A DNA stretch of 64,000 nt from Burkholderiaceae bacterium (GCA_049297615.1 JBAQUQ010000047.1:749-64748), one strand, 5' to 3'. Numbered from the stretch's first letter, positions 40,701 through 50,733 are shown. Translations and numbers: made by a program. Notes: generated by a model not told the origin, from the letters alone.

Positions 40701-41996
40701 ATGACCGAAGCCCTGTGCGGCCTCGCGCTGATGATGGTGCTGGCCTTCATGCGCGTGCCGATCGCGCTGGCGATGGGCTTGGCAGGTTTTCTCGGCCTGT
40801 GGTGGATGCGCGGCCTGGGGCCTTCGATGGCGTCGGCGACCACGGTCGTTTACGAATCGGGTTTCCAGTACACGCTGTCGGTCGTGCCGCTGTTCATCTT
40901 GATGGGCAACTTCGTCACGCGCGCCGGAATGTCCAAAGAGCTGTACCGTGCGGCGTACACCTGTGTGGGCCACTTGCGCGGCGGGCTGGCGATGGCCACC
41001 ATCATCGCCTGTGCCGGCTTCGGCGCGATCTGCGGCTCGTCGATCGCAACCGCAGCGACGATGACGAAGGTGGCGTATCCATCGATGCGCGACCATCGCT
41101 ATTCCGACGAATTGGCGGTCGGCGCCATCGCTTCGGGCGGGACCCTGGGCATCCTGGTTCCGCCCTCGACGATCATGGTGATCTACGGCATCATGACGGA
41201 GACGAGCATCGGCAAACTGTTCGCGGCCGGCGTGCTGCCGGGCTTGCTGGCGGTGGCCCTGCTGTGCGGCGCCGTGCAGTACCTGTGCTGGCGTGATCCG
41301 GCGGCGGGCCCGCACGCCGAGCGCGCCTCGTGGCGCGAACGTCTGGTCGCGCTGCAAGAGGTGTGGGCCGTCGCGGTGCTGTTCATCATCGTGATGGGTG
41401 GGATTTACGGCGGAGTATTCACAGCGACGGAAGGCGCGGGCATCGGTGCCTTCGGTGCGTTTTGCTTTGCCTTCGCGCGCCGTGTATTGACGCCCAAGGT
41501 GCTGTTCGCGGTGCTGGTGGACAGCGCGCGCACGACGGGCATGCTGTTCATGATCCTGGTGGGCGCGCTGGTGTTCGCGAACTTCGTCAACTACACGTCG
41601 ATGCCAGGCGACTTGAAGGCCTTCGTGACGCAGTACCAAATCAGCCCGGTCACTGTGATGATCGCGATCTGCGCGATCTATGTGATCCTGGGTACCGCGA
41701 TGGAAGAGTTGTCGATGATCTTGCTGACCGTCCCCGTGTTCTTTCCGCTCGTCGTGGGCCTGGGGTTCGACCCCGTCTGGTTCGGCATCATCATCGTGGT
41801 GGTGGTGCAGATCGGCCTGATCAGCCCACCGGTTGGAATGAATATGTTCGTCGTCAAGAGCATGCTCAGCGGGGTCTCCACCGCCACGGTGTTTCGCGGG
41901 GTGACGCCGTTCGCCGTGGCTGTCGTGCTGCTGCTCGCGATTCTGGTGGCATTTCCGGACATCAGCCTGATCCTGCCGAGGTTGTTGCGCCTTTAG
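40701..41996 (+). CDS. TRAP transporter large permease (DctM family)
   Basis: ORF 40701..41996 (431 aa) is polytopic with DctM-like blocks (GGTLGILVPPS, ISPPVGMNMFV). Confidence 0.88.
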   Translation: MTEALCGLALMMVLAFMRVPIALAMGLAGFLGLWWMRGLGPSMASATTVVYESGFQYTLSVVPLFILMGNFVTRAGMSKELYRAAYTCVGHLRGGLAMATIIACAGFGAICGSSIATAATMTKVAYPSMRDHRYSDELAVGAIASGGTLGILVPPSTIMVIYGIMTETSIGKLFAAGVLPGLLAVALLCGAVQYLCWRDPAAGPHAERASWRERLVALQEVWAVAVLFIIVMGGIYGGVFTATEGAGIGAFGAFCFAFARRVLTPKVLFAVLVDSARTTGMLFMILVGALVFANFVNYTSMPGDLKAFVTQYQISPVTVMIAICAIYVILGTAMEELSMILLTVPVFFPLVVGLGFDPVWFGIIIVVVVQIGLISPPVGMNMFVVKSMLSGVSTATVFRGVTPFAVAVVLLLAILVAFPDISLILPRLLRL

Positions 41997-42017
41997 CCGA
42001 ACCACGAGCCCGGCTCC

Positions 42018-42929
42018 ATGAATATCGGTTTCATCGGCCTGGGCGTGATGGGCACGCCGATGGCCACGCATCTTGCCAAGGCCGGACACACGCTGACCCT
42101 GCACGACCTGGACGCCAGCATCGCTGCGGACTTGGCGAAAACCCTGGGCGGCGCGGCGCGTGCCGGTGCCACGCCGGCCGAGGTCGGCACACGCAGCGAC
42201 ATCGTCGTCACCATGCTACCCAGTGGCGAAGTCGTTCGTGACGTGAGCCTGGGCGTGCATGGCCTGCTGCAAACCCTGAAGCCCGGCGCGATACTGCTCG
42301 ACACTTCGTCGGCCGAACCCTGGATCACGCGGCAAACGGCCCGGGCACTGGCCGACAAGGGCATCGCCATGGTCGACGCCCCGGTGTCGGGCGCACAGTG
42401 GGGCGCGCAGGCGGCCGAGCTCGTATTCATGGTCGGTGGCGACGCGCAGCACGTGCAGCGGGTGCGGCCACTGCTCGATCTCCTGGGCCGCTGCGTCTTC
42501 CACCTCGGTGGCCTGGGCTGCGGCCACGCGATGAAGTGCATCAACAACCTGATCACGGCGATGACATTCAGCGCCACCACCGAAGGCTTGGTGATCGGCA
42601 AGCGATTCGGCCTGGATCCAAGGGTGATGACCGAAGTGCTGAATCTATCGACCGGCCAGTCGTGGATCAGCGAGAACCACATCGCCCAGCGCATCGTCAG
42701 CCGAACCTTCGACGACCCGTTCAAACTCGAGCTGATGCTCAAAGACATCGGCATTGCGATGGGGCTGGCGCGCCAAGCTCAGCTGGATTTGCCGCTGTCC
42801 AGCCTGGGCGAACAGCTCTGGCGTTGCGCGGCACACGCCGCCGCACCGGGGGCCAGCCTCAGCGAGTTGGCGCGCTGGGTCGAAGCCCAAACGGGCACGC
42901 CGCTGACGCCGGGAAGCGGCGGTGCTTGA
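42018..42929 (+). CDS. NAD(P)-dependent beta-hydroxyacid dehydrogenase (HIBADH family), second paralogue in the window
   Basis: ORF 42018..42929 contains MNIGFIGLGVMGTPMATHL, MVDAPVSGAQ and GCGHAMKCINNL. It is the last gene of the TRAP operon. Confidence 0.8.
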   Translation: MNIGFIGLGVMGTPMATHLAKAGHTLTLHDLDASIAADLAKTLGGAARAGATPAEVGTRSDIVVTMLPSGEVVRDVSLGVHGLLQTLKPGAILLDTSSAEPWITRQTARALADKGIAMVDAPVSGAQWGAQAAELVFMVGGDAQHVQRVRPLLDLLGRCVFHLGGLGCGHAMKCINNLITAMTFSATTEGLVIGKRFGLDPRVMTEVLNLSTGQSWISENHIAQRIVSRTFDDPFKLELMLKDIGIAMGLARQAQLDLPLSSLGEQLWRCAAHAAAPGASLSELARWVEAQTGTPLTPGSGGA

Positions 42930-43008
42930 AGGCTTCGCCAAGGCAGCTCTGGCCGCGAACTTGGCAAACTCGGGCTAGGATCGAGCCCTGAGCATCGCGA
43001 AATCTCCC

Positions 43009-43494
43009 ATGACAAGCCTAGGTCTCCAGGTCAACGGCCAGCCGGTCGTGACCGACATCGAACCCACCGTGCTGTTGCTCGACCTGCTGCGCGGGTCGCT
43101 CGCGCTGACTGGCACGCACGGCGGTTGCGACACCAGCCAGTGTGGCGCGTGCACCGTGTTGCTCGACGACATGCCCGTGAAGAGCTGCAGCCTGCTCGCT
43201 TTGCAAGCACAGGGCCGGCGCGTCACCACGGTGGAAGGACTGGCCGGCGCCGACGGCAAACCGCACCCGCTGCAAGAAGCCTTCATGGCTTGCCACGGCC
43301 TGCAATGCGGGTTTTGCACCCCGGGCATGTTGATGGCGGCCAGCGGCTTGCTCAAGACAGTGGCGCAGCCGAACGAGGCACAAATCGTCGAGGCGCTGGA
43401 AGGCAATCTGTGCCGCTGCACCGGCTATGTCAACATCGTCGCCGCCGTGCAGCGTGCTGCCCAGCTTATCGCCGCGAGCCGGAGTGCGCGATGA
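43009..43494 (+). CDS. (2Fe-2S)-binding small subunit of a xanthine dehydrogenase / CO dehydrogenase-family molybdo-hydroxylase
   Basis: ORF 43009..43494 contains GCDTSQCGACTV and CGFCTPGM...CRCTGY, which are the two [2Fe-2S] motifs of CoxS/XdhC-type subunits. Confidence 0.88.
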   Translation: MTSLGLQVNGQPVVTDIEPTVLLLDLLRGSLALTGTHGGCDTSQCGACTVLLDDMPVKSCSLLALQAQGRRVTTVEGLAGADGKPHPLQEAFMACHGLQCGFCTPGMLMAASGLLKTVAQPNEAQIVEALEGNLCRCTGYVNIVAAVQRAAQLIAASRSAR

Positions 43495-45839
43495 ATGCAC
43501 CCCTTGATGTCGGCCGCTTCGGCAGCGGCAAAACGGTACGCCGCGTCGAAGACCCCAGCCTGGTGGCCGGCAAGGGCCAATTCACCGACGACTTGAATCG
43601 GTCCGGTCAGACGCATTTGCTGTTCCTGCGCTCGCCCCATGCGCATGCGCGCCTGGTCTCGGTGGACTCGAGCGCTGCTCGCGCGCTGCCGGGCGTATTG
43701 GCGGTGTACTGCGGTGCCGACTTGATTGCCGCCGGCGTGAAGGCGATGCCCGTTGCCATTCCCTTTCCCCGACCCGACGGTTCGCCGGCGGCCAGCGCAC
43801 CACGCTACCCGCTTGCCGTCGGGCGCGTGCGTTATGCCGGCGAAGCGGTTGTCGCAGTGGTGGCCCTCAGCCGCGACGCAGCGCTGGCCGGCGTCGATGC
43901 AGTGCGCGTCGAGTATGAAGAGCTGCCCGCTGTCGTCGACGCCGTCAGCGCCATGCAGCCGGGTGCACCGGTCCTGTGCGAAGCCGCACCCGACAACATC
44001 GCCTCCGAGATGCGCCACGGCGACGCCGCTGCCACCGACGCGGCGTTCGCGCGTGCCGCGCACACGGTGGCCCTGGACATCGTCAACCAACGGGTTGCGC
44101 CCAGCGCGATCGAGCCACGCGTCGTGCTCGCCGAAATCGACACCGCCAGCGGCCGGCTGCACGTCACCTTGTCGAGCCAGATGCCCACCGCCGTTCGCGA
44201 CGGCCTGGTCGCAACGCTGCCCGACCTGGCAGCCGCGCAGGTGCGTGTGCTGGTGGGCGATGTAGGCGGCGGCTTCGGCATGAAGACCGGCATTTACCCG
44301 GAGGATATCGTCGTCGCGCACGCGGCGCGCACTTTGCGGCGCCCCGTCAAATGGTGCGCGCAGCGGCTCGAAGAATTCAGCGCGTCCTCGCACGGCCGCG
44401 ATGTGATCAGCCACGCCGAGATGGCGCTCGCGGCGAACGGACAAGTCTTGGCGCTTCGCGTGCGATCCCTGGCCAACGTCGGCGGCTACGCCACAGCAAC
44501 GGGTGTGCTCATCTCCTTGCTCGTGGGTCCTTGGGTGACAACGAGCATCTACGACATTGCAGCGATCTCGCTGCACCTCACGGCGGTGATGAGCAATGTG
44601 ACGCCGGTGGGCGCCTACCGCGGCGCCGGACGCCCCGAGGCGATCTACGTCGTCGAGCGCTTGATGGACGCAGCGGCGCGCAAGATGGGTGTCGACCCGG
44701 CGGAGCTGCGCCGGCGCAACATGATCAAGCCCTCCCAGATGCCCTACACGAACCCGATGGCCCAGGTCTACGACTGCGGCGAGTTCGAGGGAATTCTCGA
44801 CCAGGGCCTGGCGCTGGCCAACTGGAGGGGGTTTGCGTCGCGCCGCCTCGAGAGCAAAGGGCGCGGCAAGTTGCGCGGCCGCGGCATCGCCACCTTCCTC
44901 GAATGGACCAGCGGCAATGTTCTCGACGAAAACGTGACGGTGAACGTGTTGCCCGAAGGAATCATCGAACTGACGAGTGCGACGCAGGCGATGGGGCAGG
45001 GCATCGCCACGAGTTACGCGCAACTCGCGGTTGACGTTTTCGACGTGCCCATCGAACGCATCCGCGTGCTGCAAGGCGACACGGATCGCGCCACCGGTTT
45101 CGGCAGCGCCGGCTCACGCTCCTTGTTCACTGGCGGCTCGGCCGTGCATGTCGCCTCGCAGCGCACCGTCGAACACGCCAAACTGCTGGCCGGGGAGGCG
45201 CTGGAGGCCGCTGCCTCGGACATCGAGTACCGCGCTGGCCGATTCAACGTGGTCGGTACCGATCTGGGCATCGACCTGTTCGAACTCGCTGCGAAGCAAA
45301 GCCAGGCGCGAATCACGATGACTGGTACCGCCACGGCCGGCGCACCGAGCTGGCCGAATGCTTGCCACATCTGCGAAGTCGAAGTCGACCCTGACACCGG
45401 GAGTGTCGAGCTTGTTGCCTACGCGTCGGTGAACGACATCGGCCGTGTCATCAGCCCGCAAATCGTGCGCGGCCAGATCGAAGGCGGGGCTGTGCAAGGC
45501 ATCGGCCAGGCCTTGTGCGAGCAAGTGGTCTACGACAAGGACAGTGGCCAGTTGCTCAGCGCGAGCTTCATGGACTATGCACTGCCGCGCGCCGATATCT
45601 TTCGTGGCTTCAAAACGGTGTTCGACAGCTCAGTGCCGTGCCGCACGAATGTGCTGGGTGCCAAGGGTGTGGGCGAACTCGGCACGATAGGCGCGACGCC
45701 AGCGGTGGTGAATGCGGTGATCGATGCGCTGGCCGAAGCCGGCCTCGGGCGCAATGCCGAGAAAGTGCAGATGCCGCTCACGCCGCCCGTCGTTTGGCGC
45801 GCATTGCACGGAGAGTTCGACGCCGTGCGCCTGGCCTGA
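43491..45839 (+). CDS. Molybdopterin-binding large subunit of a xanthine dehydrogenase / aldehyde oxidase-family enzyme
   Basis: Internal start MNAPLDVGRFGSGKTVRRVEDPSLVAGKGQFTDD in ORF 43125..45839; its ATG overlaps the small-subunit stop (ATGA). It contains GGGFGMK, VGAYRGAGRPE and GVGELG blocks. Confidence 0.85.
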   Translation: MNAPLDVGRFGSGKTVRRVEDPSLVAGKGQFTDDLNRSGQTHLLFLRSPHAHARLVSVDSSAARALPGVLAVYCGADLIAAGVKAMPVAIPFPRPDGSPAASAPRYPLAVGRVRYAGEAVVAVVALSRDAALAGVDAVRVEYEELPAVVDAVSAMQPGAPVLCEAAPDNIASEMRHGDAAATDAAFARAAHTVALDIVNQRVAPSAIEPRVVLAEIDTASGRLHVTLSSQMPTAVRDGLVATLPDLAAAQVRVLVGDVGGGFGMKTGIYPEDIVVAHAARTLRRPVKWCAQRLEEFSASSHGRDVISHAEMALAANGQVLALRVRSLANVGGYATATGVLISLLVGPWVTTSIYDIAAISLHLTAVMSNVTPVGAYRGAGRPEAIYVVERLMDAAARKMGVDPAELRRRNMIKPSQMPYTNPMAQVYDCGEFEGILDQGLALANWRGFASRRLESKGRGKLRGRGIATFLEWTSGNVLDENVTVNVLPEGIIELTSATQAMGQGIATSYAQLAVDVFDVPIERIRVLQGDTDRATGFGSAGSRSLFTGGSAVHVASQRTVEHAKLLAGEALEAAASDIEYRAGRFNVVGTDLGIDLFELAAKQSQARITMTGTATAGAPSWPNACHICEVEVDPDTGSVELVAYASVNDIGRVISPQIVRGQIEGGAVQGIGQALCEQVVYDKDSGQLLSASFMDYALPRADIFRGFKTVFDSSVPCRTNVLGAKGVGELGTIGATPAVVNAVIDALAEAGLGRNAEKVQMPLTPPVVWRALHGEFDAVRLA

Positions 45840-45866
45840 GGCGGGCTCCGCCTCTGCCACTGCGGA

Positions 45867-47312
45867 TCATTGCTCCTCGATCCAGGCATTGCCGTCGCGC
45901 GCGACCAATGCGCTGGCTGCCGCGGGCCCCCAGGTGCCGGCGGCGTATGGACGCGGCGCGGCGGTGTCGAGTTTCCAGGCCTCGAGGATGGGCTCGACCC
46001 AGCTCCAGGCCTGTTCCTGCTCGTCGCTGCGCACGAACAGATTCAGCTTTCCGGCGAGCGCGTCGAGCAACAGGCGCTCGTAGCCGCCCACGCGGTCCTG
46101 CGCAAACGCCTTGTCGAAGTCCAGGTCGAGCGACACCGGCGACAAGGTTTCGTGCTGACGCGCGCCCTTGGCGGCAAGCAGGTGCAACTTCAGTCCGTCT
46201 TCGGGTTGCAGGTTGATGACGAGCTTGTTCGGCTGGTTCACGCCCGGGAAGATGCTGTGCGGCGTGGGCCGGAAGTTGACGACGATTTGCGCGTCGCGCG
46301 CGGCCAGGCGCTTGCCGGTGCGCAGATAAAACGGCACTCCGGCCCAGCGCCAGTTCTGGATTTCGGTGCGCAAGGCGACGAAAGTTTCGCAGCGGCTGTC
46401 GGGCGGCACCTTGGTCTCATCAAGGTATCCGGGCACTTTCTGGCCGCCGTGGGTGCCCGCGCGGTACTGGCCGCGAACGACGTCGCGCGCGATCGATTCG
46501 ACGCCGAAAGGCTTGAGCGAGCGCAGCACCTTGAGCTTCTCGTCGCGGATCGCGTCGGCATCGTTGCTGATCGGCGGCTCCATCGCGACCATCGTCAGCA
46601 GCTGCAGCGCGTGGTTCTGGATCATGTCGCGCAACGCGCCGGTGCGGTCGTAGAAGTCGCCTCGCATTCCCACGCCCAGGCCTTCGGCCAGCGTGATCTG
46701 GATATTGGAGATGCTCTCGCGCCGCCACAGCGGCTCGAACAGCGCATTGCCGAAGCGCAGTGCCATCAGGTTCTGCACGGCAGGCTTGCCGAGGTAGTGA
46801 TCGATACGCAGCGCCTGCGTTTCGCTGAACGCGGCGCGCACGACGTGGTTGATCTTCCGGGCGCTCGCCAGATCGTGGCCAAGGGGCTTTTCGAGAACGA
46901 CGCGAACTTTGGCCCCGTTCAGGCCAATCTGGCCGAGCTGCTCGCAGATCTGCGGAAACAGGTGCGGGCTGGTCGCGAGGAACAGCACGACGCTGTCGGC
47001 GCCTCGCGCATCGATCGCCTCTTTCAGCCCGGCATAGTGGTCGGGCAGCGCCAGATCCATGCGGCGGTAATGCAGCAGTTGCGCGAAGCGCGCGAATTCG
47101 TCCTCGTGCGGGCGCTTGGCAGTGTCGACCTCGACGAACCTGTCGCGAATAAAGGCCCGGTAGGCGGCGTCGCTGCGCTCATCGCGCGCCACCGCGATGA
47201 TGCGTCCGTCCTCGGGCAATTTGCCGTGCCGCCAGGCCTGAAACAGCGCGGGCATCAACTTGCGCCAGGTCAGGTCGCCAGTGCCGCCGAAGAGAACGAG
47301 GTCAAAGGACAT
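45867..47312 (-). CDS. zwf: Glucose-6-phosphate 1-dehydrogenase
   Basis: ORF 45867..47312 contains LVLFGGTGDLTWRKLMPAL, RIDHYLGKPAVQN (the active-site signature) and LRDMIQNHALQLL. Confidence 0.93.
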   Translation of the reverse strand: MSFDLVLFGGTGDLTWRKLMPALFQAWRHGKLPEDGRIIAVARDERSDAAYRAFIRDRFVEVDTAKRPHEDEFARFAQLLHYRRMDLALPDHYAGLKEAIDARGADSVVLFLATSPHLFPQICEQLGQIGLNGAKVRVVLEKPLGHDLASARKINHVVRAAFSETQALRIDHYLGKPAVQNLMALRFGNALFEPLWRRESISNIQITLAEGLGVGMRGDFYDRTGALRDMIQNHALQLLTMVAMEPPISNDADAIRDEKLKVLRSLKPFGVESIARDVVRGQYRAGTHGGQKVPGYLDETKVPPDSRCETFVALRTEIQNWRWAGVPFYLRTGKRLAARDAQIVVNFRPTPHSIFPGVNQPNKLVINLQPEDGLKLHLLAAKGARQHETLSPVSLDLDFDKAFAQDRVGGYERLLLDALAGKLNLFVRSDEQEQAWSWVEPILEAWKLDTAAPRPYAAGTWGPAAASALVARDGNAWIEEQ

Positions 47313-47498
47313 GGTGTTGCAGCCTCAGGAATGGGTCGAACCCAGGCCATTGTGTTTCATGGCCGATGCTAACCCTGCGGGGCAGGGTCAGTGCGGGTTA
47401 CTCCCGAGCCAGTGCGGGCAGGTTTGCCCGGCTCAGCCCGCTACCATGAACCGGACGCGCGGGCGTTCTGCCTTGCGTCAAGTCGAGGAGACAAGTCA

Positions 47499-48512
47499 AT
47501 GAAGAAATGGATGATTGCGCTCGGCGTGTTGTGGGCTCAATCGGCACCCGCCCAGCAAGGCCAGGTCAACATCATTTGTTCGGTGCAAGCCGATTGGTGC
47601 AACCTGATCCAGACCGTGTTTGCCAAGTCCACCGGCATCAAGGTCAATATGACCTTGAAGGGTTCGGGCGAGGCACTCGCGCAGTTGATCGCCGAGCGGG
47701 CCAATCCCAAGACCGACGTTTGGTTCGGCGGCACCGGCGACCCACACCTGCAGGCCGCCGAGCAGGACTTGTCGCTGGAATACAAGTCGGCCACGCTGAA
47801 AGACTTGCACGGCTGGGCGCAGGCGCAAGCTGCACAGTCTGCGTATCGCACGGTGGGCATCTACTCCGGGCCGCTGGGCTTTGGCTACAACACGGAACTG
47901 GTTGCAAAGAAGAAACTCGGAGTGCCCAAGAGCTGGGCCGACCTGCTCAAGCCCGAGTACAAAGGCGAGATCCAAGTCGCGAATCCGGCGAGCAGCGGCA
48001 CCGCGTACACCATGGTCGCTACCCTCGTGCAACTCATGGGAGAAGACAAGGCCTTCGACTACATGAAGGCGCTGCACAAGAACATCAGCCAGTACACGCG
48101 CAGCGGAACCGGGCCGATCAAGAACGTGGCGCGCGGCGAGGCGAGCGTCTCGATCAGCTTCGTGCACGACGGCCCGGGCGAAAAGCTGCAGGGCTTTCCG
48201 GTCGAAACCGTCACGCCGGCCGAGGGCACGGGTGCTGAAATCGGCTCGATGAGCATCGTCAAAGGCGCGCGGAATCTGGAACAGGCCAAGGCGTTCTACG
48301 AATGGGCATTGACCCCGCAGGCACAGCAGTTCGGCGCTGCGGCCAAGCAGTACCAATTGCCGTCGCACAAGGCCACGCCAGTCGATGCCAATGTGCCTGA
48401 CTTCAAGAAGATCAGGTTCATCAATTACGACTACGCGAAGTACGGCGCGAGCGCCGAGCGCAAGCGGCTGATCTCGAAGTGGGAGAAGGAAGTCAACGCA
48501 TTGCCGCGTTAA
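47499..48512 (+). CDS. Periplasmic substrate-binding protein of an Fbp/Afu (ferric-type) ABC importer; substrate uncertain
   Basis: Internal start MKKWMIALGVLWAQSAPAQQ (a signal peptide) in ORF 47391..48512. It has the class II SBP pattern (NIICSVQADW, WFGGTGDPH, ANPASSGTAYT). There is no Tyr-Tyr dipeptide anywhere in the 337 aa. Confidence 0.75.
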   Translation: MKKWMIALGVLWAQSAPAQQGQVNIICSVQADWCNLIQTVFAKSTGIKVNMTLKGSGEALAQLIAERANPKTDVWFGGTGDPHLQAAEQDLSLEYKSATLKDLHGWAQAQAAQSAYRTVGIYSGPLGFGYNTELVAKKKLGVPKSWADLLKPEYKGEIQVANPASSGTAYTMVATLVQLMGEDKAFDYMKALHKNISQYTRSGTGPIKNVARGEASVSISFVHDGPGEKLQGFPVETVTPAEGTGAEIGSMSIVKGARNLEQAKAFYEWALTPQAQQFGAAAKQYQLPSHKATPVDANVPDFKKIRFINYDYAKYGASAERKRLISKWEKEVNALPR

Positions 48513-48516
48513 TGCA

Positions 48517-50733
48517 GTGATTCGCGCGCCCCGTCCCGCGTCGCAGGCCATCGCCGGCTGGCTGCTGCTGGGCACGCTGTCGTTTGTGCTGTTGCCCTGG
48601 TACTTGTCGGCCGACATGTCGGTGCTGGAGTCTCTGCCCGGTGTATTTGGCGCAGGCGAGACGGCGAGCGGCTCTGTGCAGGCAGCATTCCATCACCGTC
48701 CGTGGTTGTGGGTAGCGCTGGCTGGCCTCGCACTGGCTGCATTGGGATGGTGCCTGCCCGCGGGTGCGCCGCAAGGGCGGCTCCTCGTGGCGGGTGGGGT
48801 GCTGGGTATTGCCGGCTTGCTTCTGAGCGGTTTTGCCATCGGCGCGAAAGGCTGGTCGTTCGCCTGGCTCGAACAAAGCTTCGGCGTGCTCGCGGCTGGC
48901 CAGTTCGGCGTCGGCCTGGGGGGTGCGCTGACCCTGCTGGCGCTGCTGATGCTGCTCGGCGCCGGCCTTTCGCAGCTCGGCTACTTCCGCGGCGATTCCT
49001 TTGTCGCCGGCGCCGTGGTCGGGTGTGCGGCCTTGCTGCTTCTGTTCATCGCCCTGCCGGTGCTCAGGGCTCTGAGCGGGGCTTTTTTCGACGAGGCAGG
49101 TGAATTCACCCTCGTCAATCTGGCCGAGCGAGTCGCCAACGAGCGGGTCTGGGGCCTGGCTTGCCTGACGCGCGGCACACGCTGCGGTGCGGCATGGAAC
49201 ACGCTTGCCCTGGCACTGTGCACTGCCGCAGGCACGACGCTCCTGGGTACGCTGATCGCACTGCTGGCCGAACGCGGCCAACGCCGTTTGGTCAAGCCGC
49301 TCAACCTGCTCGCGCTGTTGCCCATCATCACGCCCCCATTCGTTGTCGGCCTCGGCCTGATCTTGTTGTTCGGCCGCGCCGGTCTCGTGAACCAACTCCT
49401 CGAATGGTCATTGGGCATCGCACCGTCGCGCTGGTTTTACGGCGGCTTCGGCGTGTTCATGGCACAGCTGTTCGCGTTCACGCCGATCGCCTTCCTGATC
49501 ATGCGTGGTGTCGTGCAGGGCATCGCGCCGTCGCTTGAAGAGGCGGCGCAAACACTGCGCGCGCATCCGCACACGACCTTCAGGACGGTGACCTTGCCGC
49601 TGCTGAAGCCGGGATTGGCGAATGCCTTCCTGGTCGGATTTATCGAAAGCCTGGCCGACTTCGGCAACCCGATCGTCGTGGGCGGGCAGTTCGCAGTGCT
49701 GTCGACCGAAATCTTCTTCGCCATCGTCGGCGCGCAGTTTGACCAGGGGCGCGCCGCGTCCCTGGCGCTGATCCTCACCGTGTTTGCGCTGGTCGTATTC
49801 ATTGCGCAGCGCAAGCTGCTGGGCGGGAGCAGCTACACCACGCTGTCGGGCAAGGGCGACGCGGGGGTGCCCATGGCTCTGCCAGTGGGTGTGAGGCGCA
49901 CGATTTACGCCATCGCGCTGCCTTGGCTGGCGTTCACGGCGATCGTCTACCTGTTCGCCTTTGCCGGCGGCTTCGTGCAGACCTGGGGACGTGATTACAC
50001 GCCCACACTGCGCCATTTCGCCACCGCGTTCGACGTGCAATGGGGCGAGTTCGGCGTCGTATGGGCCGGCACGGCATGGAATTCGCTGTTCACCACGCTG
50101 AAGCTTTCGGCACTCGCCGCGCCGCTGTGCGCAGGCATGGGCCTGCTGGTCGCCTGGCTGCTTGCGCGAACGAGTTTTCGCGGTCAGGGCACGTTCGAAT
50201 TCGGCGCCTTGCTCGCCTTCGCGATTCCCGGCACGGTGCTGGGCATGAGTTACGTGCTCGCCTTCAACGTGCCGCCTTTCGAACTCACCGGCACCGGCCT
50301 CATCATCGTGTTGTGTTTCGTGTTTCGCAACCTGCCGGTGGGCGTGCGCGCCGCAACGGCGAGTTTGAAGCAGATCGACCGCTCGTTGGACGAAGCCTCA
50401 TGGATGCTGCGAGCAACCACCGCCACGACCTTGCGCCGTGTCGTCCTGCCCCTGCTCAAACCCGCGCTCGTCGCGGCCCTGGTGTACAGCTTCGTGCGTT
50501 CCATGACGACGGTTTCGGCCGTGATATTTCTCGTCACGGCCGAGAACGAACTCGCCACCACCTACATCATCGGCCGCGTCGGCAATGGCGACTATGGCGT
50601 GGCGCTGGCCTATTGCACGGTGCTGATCGTGCTGATGTCACTTGCCACGGCCTTGATTCAGCGCTTGGTCGGCGAGCGCAAGCTCGGCCGGCGTGCAGTC
50701 GCAGTCCCCGCACCGGCAGGAATATTGACATGA
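48517..50733 (+). CDS. ABC transporter permease, fused double-domain (FbpB/AfuB-like), 738 aa
   Basis: ORF 48517..50733 (GTG start) has two repeated permease halves, each with an EAA-like loop (SLEEAAQTLRAHP and SLDEASWMLRATT). Confidence 0.85.
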   Translation: MIRAPRPASQAIAGWLLLGTLSFVLLPWYLSADMSVLESLPGVFGAGETASGSVQAAFHHRPWLWVALAGLALAALGWCLPAGAPQGRLLVAGGVLGIAGLLLSGFAIGAKGWSFAWLEQSFGVLAAGQFGVGLGGALTLLALLMLLGAGLSQLGYFRGDSFVAGAVVGCAALLLLFIALPVLRALSGAFFDEAGEFTLVNLAERVANERVWGLACLTRGTRCGAAWNTLALALCTAAGTTLLGTLIALLAERGQRRLVKPLNLLALLPIITPPFVVGLGLILLFGRAGLVNQLLEWSLGIAPSRWFYGGFGVFMAQLFAFTPIAFLIMRGVVQGIAPSLEEAAQTLRAHPHTTFRTVTLPLLKPGLANAFLVGFIESLADFGNPIVVGGQFAVLSTEIFFAIVGAQFDQGRAASLALILTVFALVVFIAQRKLLGGSSYTTLSGKGDAGVPMALPVGVRRTIYAIALPWLAFTAIVYLFAFAGGFVQTWGRDYTPTLRHFATAFDVQWGEFGVVWAGTAWNSLFTTLKLSALAAPLCAGMGLLVAWLLARTSFRGQGTFEFGALLAFAIPGTVLGMSYVLAFNVPPFELTGTGLIIVLCFVFRNLPVGVRAATASLKQIDRSLDEASWMLRATTATTLRRVVLPLLKPALVAALVYSFVRSMTTVSAVIFLVTAENELATTYIIGRVGNGDYGVALAYCTVLIVLMSLATALIQRLVGERKLGRRAVAVPAPAGILT

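Noticed and set aside
47313-47498. A Fur box or HexR-type operator in the zwf / ABC-transporter divergent region.
   Set aside because: I saw no GATAATGATAATCATTATC-like 19-mer. The only palindrome (CCAT..ATGG around 47349-47364) has 4-bp arms. This is insufficient to call an operator.
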